A stretch of 64,000 nt of DNA. Source: Deltaproteobacteria bacterium. Lineage in GTDB: Bacteria > Desulfobacterota > Dissulfuribacteria > Dissulfuribacterales > UBA3076. Within the stretch, counting starts at the first letter, position 1; every line of letters starts with the position of its first letter. This document shows, in pieces, positions 27,986 to 37,951 of the stretch. Location: positions 23,765 through 87,764 of the forward strand of contig JAGYNZ010000005.1 of assembly GCA_018399745.1 (NCBI GenBank), given 5' to 3'. The translations under genes were made by a program, and so were the position numbers. A model generated the notes under the pieces. The model worked only from the letters and a program-made list of their open reading frames with translations. It made no database searches and was not told the DNA's origin.

Positions 27986-29893
27986 ATGAAAAACAAATTC
28001 TATATAACGACACCTATCTATTACGTAAATGCAGAACCTCATCTGGGGCATGCCTATTCAACGGTGATATCGGATGTGCAAAACCGTTTCCATAAACTTC
28101 GCGGCGAGGAGACCTTTTTCCTGACCGGAACAGATGAACATGGGGACAAGATTGTTCAGGCGGCAGAGAAGCAGGGGACAGATCCAAAGACTTATGCAGA
28201 CAGGATCAGCTCTTTGTTCAGGGAGTCATGGTCCCTTCTGGACACTGAGCCTGACAGGTTTATTCGCACCACAGCACCGGAACATATTGCAACCGTTCAG
28301 CGCATATTGCAGGATGTCTATGACAGAGGGGACATTGTTTTCAAGGAATATGAGGGGCTTTACTGTTTTGGGTGTGAACGTTTTTATATGGAGAGGGAAC
28401 TGAAGGATGGAAAGTGCCCGGACCATGGTACTGTCCCGGTACGGCTGAAGGAAAAAAATTATTTTTTCCTTATGAGCCGCTATCAGGACTGGTTAATAGA
28501 CCATATAAAGAGGCACCCGTTGTTTATCACGCCTGAGCGTTACAGGAATGAAGTACTGTCTTTTTTAAGGGATCCCCTGGATGACCTCTGCATCTCCAGA
28601 CCGGTCAGCCGTCTCACGTGGGGCGTTCCGCTTCCCTTTGACGATAAATTTGTAACCTATGTCTGGTTTGATGCCCTGATCAACTATCTGACCGGCCTGG
28701 GATACCCTGATGACCCCAATTTTTCAAAGTTCTGGCCGGTGGCCGAACATGTCATAGCCAAAGATATCCTGAAGCCACACGGTATTTACTGGCCCACCAT
28801 GCTGAGTGCTATCGGACTCGAGCCCTATAGACGTCTTCATGTCCACGGCTACTGGCAGATCCATGATCAGAAAATGTCCAAGAGCCTTGGAAACGTTATA
28901 CGGCCGGGGGGTCTGGTTAAGTCTTTTGGTGTCGATGCAACCAGATACTGTTTGATACAGGAGATGGTCTTCGGCCTGGATGCCAGGTTCAGCGAAAACG
29001 CATTCCTGTTGAGGATCAACGCTGATCTTGCCAATGATCTGGGGAATCTTCTGAGTCGTACCCTGGCCATGGTTTTGAAATATGCAGAGGGTGAGGTCCC
29101 GGCATCTCAAGGACAGGATGGGGTGGAGAAAGAACTCCGCGAGGCTGTTCTCAGGCTGGTACCTGAATGGGAAAAGACCATGGAGTCTTTTGCAATGCAC
29201 AGGGCCATGCAGGCGGTCTGGGAGGTAATAAACCTGGCAAACAAGGTGATTGATACCTCTGCCCCGTGGATTTTGGCCAAGAATCCGGCCAAGGCCGGCC
29301 GGCTGAGGAATGTTCTCTATACTCTCCTTGAATCTCTTCGCATTTTTTCCATCCTCATATATCCGGTGATGCCCTCAACCGCCAGGAAAATGCAGGAGGC
29401 CCTGGGGCTTGATCCACAGAAAGACCTGGATCTGAGCGCGGCGCGGCGATGGGGAGTCCTGATCCCCGGGACCAGGACCTCACGCATACCCTCGCTGTTC
29501 CCAAGGTTGGAAACAGGCAAGGCAAAGGACAACAGGGAAGTCAAAAGAGGGCCTGTGGCTGAAGATAGGGTAAAACAGATTGCCTTTGAAGATTTTAAAC
29601 AGATAGATCTCAGGGTGGCAACGATAACGGCAGCTGAGAGGGTGCCCAAGGCGGACAGGCTTATTAAGCTCAATGTCAGCTGTCCGGAAGAACGAACTAT
29701 AGTTGCCGGTATTGCAGAATACTTTTCACCTGAAGATCTGGTCGACAGACAGGTAGTTGTGGTGGCCAACCTTAAGCCGGTAAAAATCAGGGGGATACGG
29801 TCCGAGGGAATGCTGCTGGTGGCCAAAGACGATAGCGGTCTTCACTTGACCACCACGGCCACTCCGGCGGAATCAGGGGCAAAGGTAAGATAA
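27986..29893 (+). CDS. metG: Methionyl-tRNA synthetase with a C-terminal tRNA-binding domain
   Basis: 635 aa with class I motifs PHLGHAYS (HIGH) and KMSKS. The C-terminus has the Trbp111-like KADRLIKLNV...VVVVANLKP. Confidence 0.95.
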   Translation: MKNKFYITTPIYYVNAEPHLGHAYSTVISDVQNRFHKLRGEETFFLTGTDEHGDKIVQAAEKQGTDPKTYADRISSLFRESWSLLDTEPDRFIRTTAPEHIATVQRILQDVYDRGDIVFKEYEGLYCFGCERFYMERELKDGKCPDHGTVPVRLKEKNYFFLMSRYQDWLIDHIKRHPLFITPERYRNEVLSFLRDPLDDLCISRPVSRLTWGVPLPFDDKFVTYVWFDALINYLTGLGYPDDPNFSKFWPVAEHVIAKDILKPHGIYWPTMLSAIGLEPYRRLHVHGYWQIHDQKMSKSLGNVIRPGGLVKSFGVDATRYCLIQEMVFGLDARFSENAFLLRINADLANDLGNLLSRTLAMVLKYAEGEVPASQGQDGVEKELREAVLRLVPEWEKTMESFAMHRAMQAVWEVINLANKVIDTSAPWILAKNPAKAGRLRNVLYTLLESLRIFSILIYPVMPSTARKMQEALGLDPQKDLDLSAARRWGVLIPGTRTSRIPSLFPRLETGKAKDNREVKRGPVAEDRVKQIAFEDFKQIDLRVATITAAERVPKADRLIKLNVSCPEERTIVAGIAEYFSPEDLVDRQVVVVANLKPVKIRGIRSEGMLLVAKDDSGLHLTTTATPAESGAKVR

Positions 29894-29897
29894 TTTC

Positions 29898-31880
29898 ATG
29901 GACGCCAAGACCATCATACTCGGTACCGCCGGTCATATTGATCACGGGAAGACCGCTCTGGTCAAAGCCCTTACCGGGACAGATACGGATAGGCTGAAAG
30001 AGGAAAAGGAGCGGGGGATCACTATTGAACTGGGTTTTGCCCTTCTTTCCCTCCCTTCAGGCCGGCAGATGGGGGTGGTGGACGTCCCGGGTCATGAACG
30101 TTTTGTAAAAAACATGGTGGCCGGGGCCATGGGGATGGACCTCGTTGTCCTCGTGGTGGCTGCTGACGAAGGGATAATGCCCCAGACCACAGAACATATG
30201 GAGATATGCCGGCTCCTTGGTATCAAGAAGGGGCTTGTTGTCCTGACCAAGAAGGACCTTGTGGAACAGGAATGGCTGGAAATGGTCATTGATGACGTTG
30301 GTGATTTTGTCTCCGGCACATTTCTGGAAGATGCACCGGTGCTGGCCGTCTCTTCAGTTACAGGTGAAGGCCTTGACGAACTCCTCGATGTCCTGGAGAA
30401 GATGGCGTCGGAGGTGATGCCGAGAGCACCATTCGGGCCATATCGTCTTCCGGTTGACAGGGTATTCAGCGTAAAAGGCTTTGGTACTGTTGTCACCGGT
30501 ACTTCTATCTCAGGGCAGATCGGATTGGGAGACGATATATCTATTTACCCTAAAGGACGGACTGCCAGGATTCGAGGCATTCAGGTCCATGAAAAGAATG
30601 CCCAGGAGGCCCATCCGGGAATGCGTACGGCCCTCAATCTACAGGGCATAGATACTGAGGATGTCAACAGGGGAGACGTTGTGGCTACTCCAGGGAGCCT
30701 GCATGCGAGCTATCTTGTTGACTTGAATTTTCTCTATCTTGCCAGCGCAGGTCGTCCTCTGCGGCACAGGAGTCCTGTTCGCTTTCACGTGGGAACAGCC
30801 GAGGTTATGGGAAGGGTCCTGCTGCAGAAAAATGAGCTTGTTCCTGGTTCAGAGACCTATATCCAGATAATGCTGAAGGAGCCGGTGGCAGTACTCTCAC
30901 AGGATCACTATGTTATCAGGAGTTATTCACCTATCCGCACTATTGGCGGCGGAAGGATTCTCCACCCTGTTCCCAGAAAACGTAAGCGGACCCGGCCTGG
31001 TCTGTGGACAGAGTTGGATATACTGGCCAAGGGCGGACCCAGTGATATTATCGGTTATCATATTGAGCGCGCAGGTGTGAGGGGTCTTTTAAAGTCTGAA
31101 CTGGCGATGCGCAGCAGTATCTATGGGAAGCGCCTTGACCGGGAACTTGATCCCCTTCTCAGTTCCAGAAAAATTATAAGCTTTGAGGAGGAGGGGCAGA
31201 GATTCATTCACAATAAGGTTTACAATACCCTGAAGGAACAGGTATTGAATATCCTGAATGCATTTCACAGTGACAATCCCCTTGTCCAGGGTCTGTCCAA
31301 AGAGGAGCTGAGGTCCCGCCTTTTCACCACAGCCGGAGTTTCGAGATCCGTATTCCGGTCTCCAAACCGCCAAACCGCCAGATCTCCGAATCAGAGGCTG
31401 TTTCAGATGCTCCTTTCCGATCTTGTCAAATCAGCAAAGATTGCACAGGAAAAGGATCTTGTCCGGCTTTCCAGCCACTATGTGATTCTGGGAGATGAAG
31501 AAAAAGAACTTCGAAGCAGACTTGAACTTATCTTCAAACAGGCCAATTTTCAGCCGCCTTTTCGTGAAGAAGCACTCAGCCGTGTGACAGGGCATGAGAA
31601 AGCGGCGGAAAATATATTTAATTTGATGGTCAGAGAAGGGATTCTAATACGTCTTAAGGACGATCTTTATTTTCACCACAGCGTCCTGGATAAAATTAAA
31701 GACATGGTCATTCGTTTCATCAGAGAGCACGGCGATCTCGGCATAAACGAATTTCGGGATCTTGCCGGAGGGCTTTCCAGAAAATATATGATTCCGCTGC
31801 TTGAATACCTGGACAACCAGCGCGTGACTATTCGAATAGGTGATAAACGCAAGCTGCGCGGAGGAAATGTTGAATGTTAA
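29898..31880 (+). CDS. selB: Selenocysteine-specific elongation factor SelB
   Basis: 660 aa with [27 protein letters not shown] and TKKD, plus a long C-terminal winged-helix extension typical of SelB. Confidence 0.92.
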   Translation: MDAKTIILGTAGHIDHGKTALVKALTGTDTDRLKEEKERGITIELGFALLSLPSGRQMGVVDVPGHERFVKNMVAGAMGMDLVVLVVAADEGIMPQTTEHMEICRLLGIKKGLVVLTKKDLVEQEWLEMVIDDVGDFVSGTFLEDAPVLAVSSVTGEGLDELLDVLEKMASEVMPRAPFGPYRLPVDRVFSVKGFGTVVTGTSISGQIGLGDDISIYPKGRTARIRGIQVHEKNAQEAHPGMRTALNLQGIDTEDVNRGDVVATPGSLHASYLVDLNFLYLASAGRPLRHRSPVRFHVGTAEVMGRVLLQKNELVPGSETYIQIMLKEPVAVLSQDHYVIRSYSPIRTIGGGRILHPVPRKRKRTRPGLWTELDILAKGGPSDIIGYHIERAGVRGLLKSELAMRSSIYGKRLDRELDPLLSSRKIISFEEEGQRFIHNKVYNTLKEQVLNILNAFHSDNPLVQGLSKEELRSRLFTTAGVSRSVFRSPNRQTARSPNQRLFQMLLSDLVKSAKIAQEKDLVRLSSHYVILGDEEKELRSRLELIFKQANFQPPFREEALSRVTGHEKAAENIFNLMVREGILIRLKDDLYFHHSVLDKIKDMVIRFIREHGDLGINEFRDLAGGLSRKYMIPLLEYLDNQRVTIRIGDKRKLRGGNVEC

Positions 31881-31954
31881 ATTTTGAATGCTGAATTGTG
31901 GAAGAAAAATTTAAAAGACATATACCTTAATTCAACATTCAAAATTCAAAATTG
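31866..31954. repeat. Heptamer-armed inverted repeat (TGAATNN type) spanning the selB stop codon
   Basis: The left arm is AATGTTG AATGTTA AATTTTG AATGCTG AATTGTG (31866-31900). The right arm is TTAATTC AACATTC AAAATTC AAAATTG (31927-31954). aattttgaatgctgaatt is the complement of aattcaacattcaaaatt with 1 mismatch. Confidence 0.7.
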
Positions 31955-31962
31955 TCTATAAA

Positions 31963-33552
31963 ATGCTTCCCAAGTCTCTTTACTCAAAGCTGCAAAAGGC
32001 CATGGACGAGCGACTCGCCCAAATGGATTCAGGATATGAAGCCAAAGGGATAAACCGCAGCTTTGCAGTCACATTTGAACTCGTTCCCGCCAGGGCATCA
32101 AAGGGCAAGGCCATTGACGAAATCCTGCGTTTTGCAAGAGAGGCGGCGAATGACGGCTTGATCAGTGCCCTTTCCATAACAGATAACGCCGGAGGACACC
32201 CGGCACTTTCTCCAGGGGCCCTTGGCTCCGAGATAATGGATTTCGGGATCGATTCAATTATCCACTTTTCCTGCAAGGACAAAAACCGTAATCTTGTTGA
32301 GAGCCAGCTCTTTGTGCTGGACCGGTCAGGAATTAAAAACCTGTTGGTGCTGACCGGAGACTATCCCAGATACGGATTCATGGGAAATGCCAAACCTGTC
32401 TTCGATCTGGATTCAGTCCAGGTTTTGGGCATGATCTCCGATATGAACCAGGGATTTGTCCTTAATCCCAAGGCACCGTTCGGCGGTGTAAAACTGGCCC
32501 CCATGAGTTTTCATGCCGGCTGTGTGGTATCTCCTTTTAAACGCCTGGAGTCCGAGCTCATCCCTCAATACCTGAAACTCAAGCGTAAAGTCCATGCCGG
32601 GGCAAGGTTTGTGATAACACAAATGGGTTTTGATGTACGCAAATTCGATGAGCTGAGACGATTTATGGACAGGGAAGGTCTCAAGGTCCCCCTTTTAGGG
32701 ACCGTATTTATACCAACCATAAAACTGGCCAGAATACTGTGCAGAGGTGAAATTCCAGGGTGCGTTCTGCCGGGCAGGCTTCTGGAACGCATGGAACAGG
32801 AGGCCCTGTCGAATGACCGGGGAGAAAGTGCCAGGCTGGAGCGCGCAGCCATGCTGGTGTCAATACTGAAAGGTCTTGGCTATGAGGGCGTACATATCAG
32901 CGGTCCCTGCCTCAAATATGCGCATGTTAAATGGGTCGTCGAGCGGGCCAATGAGATAGGCGAACGATGGAAGCCCTTTATACACCATTTTGTTTTTCCA
33001 GAGGAATGGAGCTTCTGGTATTTCAAGGAAGATCCTGAAACCAGGCTCAATCGTGATGAGCCGAATCCAGGTTCAGACGCTGGTCTTTCCCTCAAGGATT
33101 CACTGGGTTTGGGTCTTGGACGCCTTTTCCACGGGCTTGCCTTTGAGCCGGAGAGGCCTTTTTTCAATTCCCTGCAGAGGATGGCTGAGTGGATTGATGG
33201 TTCATCTTCAAAAGGGTACTTTACCTCTTTTGAACACAGGGTAAAAGATTGGCTGTATGATTGCCGTCGCTGTGGAGATTGTACTTTAGGAGAAATGGGT
33301 TTTCTCTGTCCCCAGTCCCAGTGTCCCAAGTCCCTTCTGAATGGTCCCTGCGGAGGCAGCAGAGATGGCTGGTGCGAGGTCTGGCCTGGAAGGCGGGAGT
33401 GTTTTTATGTAAGGGTATATGAACGACTTCGAGTCCTTGGTAAACAGGAAAGCCTGGCCGGTCCCCGTGTTCCTCCAAGAGACTGGGCACTCGACAGTAC
33501 CTCCTCATGGCTGAACTTCTACCTGGGGAGGGATCATCATAGGCTCAGATGA
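31963..33552 (+). CDS. metF: Methylenetetrahydrofolate reductase fused to a MetV-like Cys-rich C-terminal domain
   Basis: 529 aa. The N-terminal MTHFR barrel (FELVP...SITDNAGG...LVLTGDYP) is followed by the C-terminal CRRCGDCTLGEMGFLCPQSQCPKSLLNGPCGG. Confidence 0.85.
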   Translation: MLPKSLYSKLQKAMDERLAQMDSGYEAKGINRSFAVTFELVPARASKGKAIDEILRFAREAANDGLISALSITDNAGGHPALSPGALGSEIMDFGIDSIIHFSCKDKNRNLVESQLFVLDRSGIKNLLVLTGDYPRYGFMGNAKPVFDLDSVQVLGMISDMNQGFVLNPKAPFGGVKLAPMSFHAGCVVSPFKRLESELIPQYLKLKRKVHAGARFVITQMGFDVRKFDELRRFMDREGLKVPLLGTVFIPTIKLARILCRGEIPGCVLPGRLLERMEQEALSNDRGESARLERAAMLVSILKGLGYEGVHISGPCLKYAHVKWVVERANEIGERWKPFIHHFVFPEEWSFWYFKEDPETRLNRDEPNPGSDAGLSLKDSLGLGLGRLFHGLAFEPERPFFNSLQRMAEWIDGSSSKGYFTSFEHRVKDWLYDCRRCGDCTLGEMGFLCPQSQCPKSLLNGPCGGSRDGWCEVWPGRRECFYVRVYERLRVLGKQESLAGPRVPPRDWALDSTSSWLNFYLGRDHHRLR

Positions 33553-33605
33553 TTGAGGGAATGAAGGATTGAGTTGTTTGTGTGCTGTAGTTAAATTATA
33601 AAAAC

Positions 33606-33730
33606 GGATTCCGCTCAAAATGCTCCAGATGCAAGGCGCAAAATTTTCGAGGAATGAGGAGTACTTAGCGTACGTCGCAGTGACGAGGAAATTGAAGCAA
33701 CGAAGCAGATGGAGTATTTTCAGCGGAATC
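33606..33730. repeat. Long imperfect inverted repeat (about 26-bp arms, about 72-nt centre) of unknown function
   Basis: gattccgctcaaaatgctccagatgc (33607-33632) pairs with the reverse complement of gcagatggagtattttcagcggaatc (33705-33730), 23/26 matched by hand. Confidence 0.6.
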
Positions 33731-33831
33731 AGACTGAAAAAATTCAGTTGACAACAAAGGGTATTAGGTGAATTCATAGAATTATGATTGTTAAAAGTGG
33801 TTTGCTGGTGCTTCATTGAGGTATAATCAAC

Positions 33832-35031
33832 ATGGATACACTGAAAAAGATCAATCCTTCAAGACGAACAGAGCATATTGCCTATGCCATCAGGGATATC
33901 ATACTGGTAGCTGATAAGAGAAAGGCCGGCGGAGGTGACCTGTTTTATCTTAATATAGGAGATCCTGTGCTGTTTGATTTTCACACGCCCGGACACCTCA
34001 TAGATGCCTGCTATAAGGCAATGCTGGATCATTACACAGGTTATTCCGCCTCCGATGGAGTGCCGGAGGCCATTGAGGCCGTGAGAAAAGATGCCGTGAA
34101 AAGCGGTATAGAGCCTTATGAGATAATGATTACCACGGGTGCCAGTGAGGCCATTGATTTTGCGCTTTCGGCCCTGGTTAACAGGGGCGAAAATGTCCTT
34201 GTCCCATCACCGGGCTATCCCCTTTACAATGCGCTTCTCAGCCGCCTGATCGGTGAAGCCAGACCTTATTTGCTGGACGAAGACAATGCCTGGCAGCCCG
34301 ATATTGATCACTTAGAGAAACAGATAGATGAAAATACGCGGGCAATTGTGATCATAAACCCCAACAATCCTACAGGTGCCGTTTATAGTGAGGATACACT
34401 GCGTAAGGTAGTAGAACTGGCAAGGCGTTATAACCTGGTAATTTTCAGTGACGAGATATATGATAAACTCATACTGAACGGCCAGCGACACATCAGTACG
34501 GCCTCACTGGACAAAGAACTTCCTATCGTGACCTTTAACGGCCTTTCCAAGTGTTACCTTGCCCCTGGATTCCGTATCGGATGGTCCGTAGTAAGCGGGG
34601 CTAAAGAGCTGGTGGAGGATTATACCGAGGCCATGAAAAAGCTCGCGCGGGCAAGGCTCTGCGCCTCTCACCCAAAGCAGTTTGCAATAGCGTGCGCCCT
34701 GAACGGTGATCATATACATATAAAGGAGGCCACGGGAAAACTGATCAGGCGCAGGGACCTGACGGTCGAGAGGCTGAATGCCATTCCGGGCATATCCTGC
34801 CAGAGACCTGACGGGGCATTCTATGCCTTTCCCAGGATCGAGGAGGATGTAGATGACAAGGAATTCGTAAAAGGCCTTATCCGTGAGACCGGTGTCGTCG
34901 TCGTTCACGGCAGCGGCTTTGGCCCTCTGCCTGAGACCCCGCATTTCCGCGTGGTCTTTCTTCCTCCCGAGGCCATCTTAAACGAGGCATATGACAGGCT
35001 GGAAGGATATATGAAGAGGCATTTCAGCTAG
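33832..35031 (+). CDS. Class I/II PLP-dependent aminotransferase (alanine/aspartate aminotransferase-like)
   Basis: 399 aa with NPNNPTG and the PLP-lysine context FNGLSKCYLAPGFRIGW. Confidence 0.88.
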   Translation: MDTLKKINPSRRTEHIAYAIRDIILVADKRKAGGGDLFYLNIGDPVLFDFHTPGHLIDACYKAMLDHYTGYSASDGVPEAIEAVRKDAVKSGIEPYEIMITTGASEAIDFALSALVNRGENVLVPSPGYPLYNALLSRLIGEARPYLLDEDNAWQPDIDHLEKQIDENTRAIVIINPNNPTGAVYSEDTLRKVVELARRYNLVIFSDEIYDKLILNGQRHISTASLDKELPIVTFNGLSKCYLAPGFRIGWSVVSGAKELVEDYTEAMKKLARARLCASHPKQFAIACALNGDHIHIKEATGKLIRRRDLTVERLNAIPGISCQRPDGAFYAFPRIEEDVDDKEFVKGLIRETGVVVVHGSGFGPLPETPHFRVVFLPPEAILNEAYDRLEGYMKRHFS

Positions 35032-35047
35032 TCAGTAATCTCTGTAA

Positions 35048-35875
35048 ATGACCAATAGAGTATCAAGTAAAATCATAGCTGATTTTGGAAGACAATGGAC
35101 TAATTATACTGAAAATACAGGCTATTACGCTTCAGCAGACTTCCTTGACGACCTGTTTGGACCCCTGATTGACAAGGAATCCATAAAAGGGCGAAAAATA
35201 GCAGACGTGGGTGCAGGTACAGGAAGATTCGTAAAGATGTTTCACGAACTCGGTGCCAAACACATTTTGGCCCTGGAGCCGTCTTCCGCAATAGATGTCT
35301 TGAAAGAAAGTACCAGTCACATGGAAAACGTTGAATATCTGCAGACCACCGCCGATCGCCTGCCTGCCGACAATTTTGATTTGGTCTTTTGTATAGGCGT
35401 GCTGCAGTTTATTCCTGAACCTGTCAGTGCACTCAGGGCCATGGGAAAGGCTCTTTCACCAAATGGTCATCTGTTCCTGTGGGTTTATGGACAGGAAAAT
35501 AACAAGGCCTACCTGACTCTGGTGCGCCCTCTGCGTCTTATTACCGCCCGATTGCCGCATCCATTCCTGGCTGCCTTGAGCAGCCTGCTGCTGCCTCCTG
35601 CCAATCTCTACTCGTTTCTTTGCCGCCACCTCAGTTTGCCCCTGGCGGAATACATGCGCAATTATTTTGAACAGCTGGATCAATACAGCAGAAAACTGGT
35701 GATTTACGATCAACTCAATCCACGAATGGCACGTTATTACCAAAAGGACGAATTGCAGAGACTTCTGGAAGAAAGCGGCTTTAACGATATCCAAATGTAC
35801 CATAGGCTGGGTTACAGTTGGAGCGTATTGGCCGGTCACAAAGGCACTTCGTCAGCAATTCCCCCAGACCACTGA
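35048..35875 (+). CDS. Class I SAM-dependent methyltransferase
   Basis: 275 aa with motif I IADVGAGTGRF and post-I FDLVFCIGVLQFIPEP. Confidence 0.8.
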   Translation: MTNRVSSKIIADFGRQWTNYTENTGYYASADFLDDLFGPLIDKESIKGRKIADVGAGTGRFVKMFHELGAKHILALEPSSAIDVLKESTSHMENVEYLQTTADRLPADNFDLVFCIGVLQFIPEPVSALRAMGKALSPNGHLFLWVYGQENNKAYLTLVRPLRLITARLPHPFLAALSSLLLPPANLYSFLCRHLSLPLAEYMRNYFEQLDQYSRKLVIYDQLNPRMARYYQKDELQRLLEESGFNDIQMYHRLGYSWSVLAGHKGTSSAIPPDH

Positions 35876-36526
35876 ATTGGAAGGCATTCCAAGTAATCGA
35901 TACTTGTATATGGAGAGTTCCACTCCTGGGGGAAACAGATCTATTAATTTGCCAGGCGTGAGCAGATTGAGATTTTCCGTCCTTGACCAGAACTCCAATC
36001 CAATGAACCGCAGGATGGCCTGGTGTATGGGTTGCGGCAGCCAGTGGATAAAGGGTAAAAAGGTGTGGAACTCTACTGGAAACAAGCGGTTAGGAGTAGT
36101 AATAAAAAACCTTTTGCCTACGCGCAGCAATTCGCTTACAAAGGCCCTTTGATGTGTACAGTCCCCAACGTGTTCCAGCACAGCGGAACAGAATACTATG
36201 TCAAAGGCATCATCAACAAAGGGTAACATCTCACCATCTGCCTGCACAAAAACGCAACCCGGATATTCCCTTTCGAGAAACGAGATATATTCAATGCCTG
36301 TGGCAACCAACCGGTTTTTATATGGATAAAATCTTTCAAAAAAATTTGAGTCCATCAGTGTCTGGTCGGGAGTAGCACCGACATCCAGTATCCGGCAGGA
36401 GGGCGTGGGTGCCATGACTTCCATAAAGAGGTTGAATATCCTTCGCCTCACTCGATAAGAGACCCGGGACGCCGGCCCTCGAAGGGGATGTCCCAGCGAA
36501 AAATAGTCGATTGCCTTTGGATTCAA
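35852..36526 (-). CDS. Class I SAM-dependent methyltransferase
   Basis: 224 aa with ILDVGATPD and FDIVFCSAVLEHVGD. It converges on the previous gene and overlaps it by 24 nt. Confidence 0.8.
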   Translation of the reverse strand: MNPKAIDYFSLGHPLRGPASRVSYRVRRRIFNLFMEVMAPTPSCRILDVGATPDQTLMDSNFFERFYPYKNRLVATGIEYISFLEREYPGCVFVQADGEMLPFVDDAFDIVFCSAVLEHVGDCTHQRAFVSELLRVGKRFFITTPNRLFPVEFHTFLPFIHWLPQPIHQAILRFIGLEFWSRTENLNLLTPGKLIDLFPPGVELSIYKYRLLGMPSNSVVWGNC

Positions 36527-37689
36527 CGCTCCAGACCGAGTATGGCCAACACAAAACCTGAAAATATTGTCTGGACGCCAAGGGTAAGTCCCGTCACAGA
36601 GGTGATAACCGTGCGCAGGCTGTCCTGATAGGGCAAAGGGCCAAAATCCGCTGCCTGCCAGGCAAGCATGGCTTTAGCAAGGCAGGCAAGTCCTCCCGTG
36701 ATAAACAGCAATCCAACACCGATGCCCCATTCCACGGATCGTCCCTCGACGAGTTTTATCAAATGCGGTTTAGGGCCGGGCAGTAAGCCGGTATTGGCCG
36801 CATAGGTCTTGACAAAAAGCGCAAAGGCCAGTGTCTGGAAACCCATTATCAGTGATACACTGGAGACGAGAAGGCTATTAAGGTCAAAGGTCACTTCACC
36901 CACCCTCAGGGGACCAGGCAGCAGGATAGAAAATCCAAGACCACCCAGGATGGTAAATAAGAAGCCGGGGATCAGGAACAGCCAGTTTGGGCTGTAGAGC
37001 AGCATGAAACGCAGATGTCGCCAGCCATCCCGCCAGCTGCGCAGGTGAGACGGCCTCGACCGTCCGTCCAGCCGAAGTGTGACAGGTACCTGACCAATCT
37101 TTAATGATGCCAGTCTGGCCTTGACGACCATTTCAGAAGCAAACTCCATACCCCCGGCGCAAAGGCCCAGCGACAGAATGGCCTCCCGCCTGAATGCACG
37201 CAGACCGCAGTGGAAATCATCCACAGGTGCCTTAAAGAACAATCGGCCCAGCCCGGAAAGCACTGGGTTGCCGATCCAACGGTGTTTCCACGGCATGGCC
37301 CCCGGCTCGATAGAACCGCCGCCCCTGGGCAGACGGCACCCCATGACCAGATCATAGCCTTTATGCAACAGATTCATGAAATGCGTCAATTCGCCGAAAT
37401 CATAACTGCCGTCCGCGTCTCCCATTATTATATACGTACCCCTGGCGGCCTCGATGCCCGCCTTGAGGGCGTGACCATATCCCCTGCGTCCTACCCTTAC
37501 AACCCTGGCACCGGCCTGGGCTGCAAGGACCTGCGAGTTGTCGGTACTGCCGTTATCCGCCACCACCACCTCTCCGGCGACATTTTGCTTTTGCAGGGAT
37601 GCAAACGCCTCCTCAATACAGCCCACAATGGTCTCGGCCTCGTTAAGGCAGGGCATGACTACGGAGATTTCAACAGATTCTCTATCCAT
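36523..37689 (-). CDS. Family 2 glycosyltransferase with a C-terminal 4-TM domain (polyprenol-phosphate sugar synthase, GtrB/ArnC/DPM1-like)
   Basis: It has ISVVMPCLNEAETI, VVADNGSTDNS and GDADGSYD (DxD), then four hydrophobic segments. The start is taken at ATG 37689. The ORF track extends to a TTG at 37728. Confidence 0.85.
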   Translation of the reverse strand: MDRESVEISVVMPCLNEAETIVGCIEEAFASLQKQNVAGEVVVADNGSTDNSQVLAAQAGARVVRVGRRGYGHALKAGIEAARGTYIIMGDADGSYDFGELTHFMNLLHKGYDLVMGCRLPRGGGSIEPGAMPWKHRWIGNPVLSGLGRLFFKAPVDDFHCGLRAFRREAILSLGLCAGGMEFASEMVVKARLASLKIGQVPVTLRLDGRSRPSHLRSWRDGWRHLRFMLLYSPNWLFLIPGFLFTILGGLGFSILLPGPLRVGEVTFDLNSLLVSSVSLIMGFQTLAFALFVKTYAANTGLLPGPKPHLIKLVEGRSVEWGIGVGLLFITGGLACLAKAMLAWQAADFGPLPYQDSLRTVITSVTGLTLGVQTIFSGFVLAILGLER

Positions 37690-37951
37690 AATGAAATAAA
37701 TAATAAAACAGTAGACACCAGTCTTCAAACAAGGAAGACCATGGCCCTTTTACCGCCATTACAAGAATATTTAAATTTTTATTTACAGATTGTCCCCTTA
37801 TAATAAAAATTAAATATGTTAATAAGCAGGATGACAACTCTAAGAAAGAGACGGCTCATATTTCACGACATGTTTTCCCGGGTATCCAGCATTTAGCCGG
37901 TTACACAATACCTGTTTTTATGACAAGGCATCCAGCCATCATGTCGCAGGT

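Noticed and set aside
31881-31962. Search for tRNA-Sec (selC) or another tRNA next to selB, and in the 33553-33831 spacer
   Set aside because: No cloverleaf-compatible sequence is present: no acceptor/T-arm pairing and no GTTCRANYC-like T-loop. The spacers are explained by inverted-repeat elements.
37210-37803. 197-aa + strand ORF opposite the GT2 gene
   Set aside because: It overlaps the catalytic domain of the minus-strand GT2 and has no motifs of its own.
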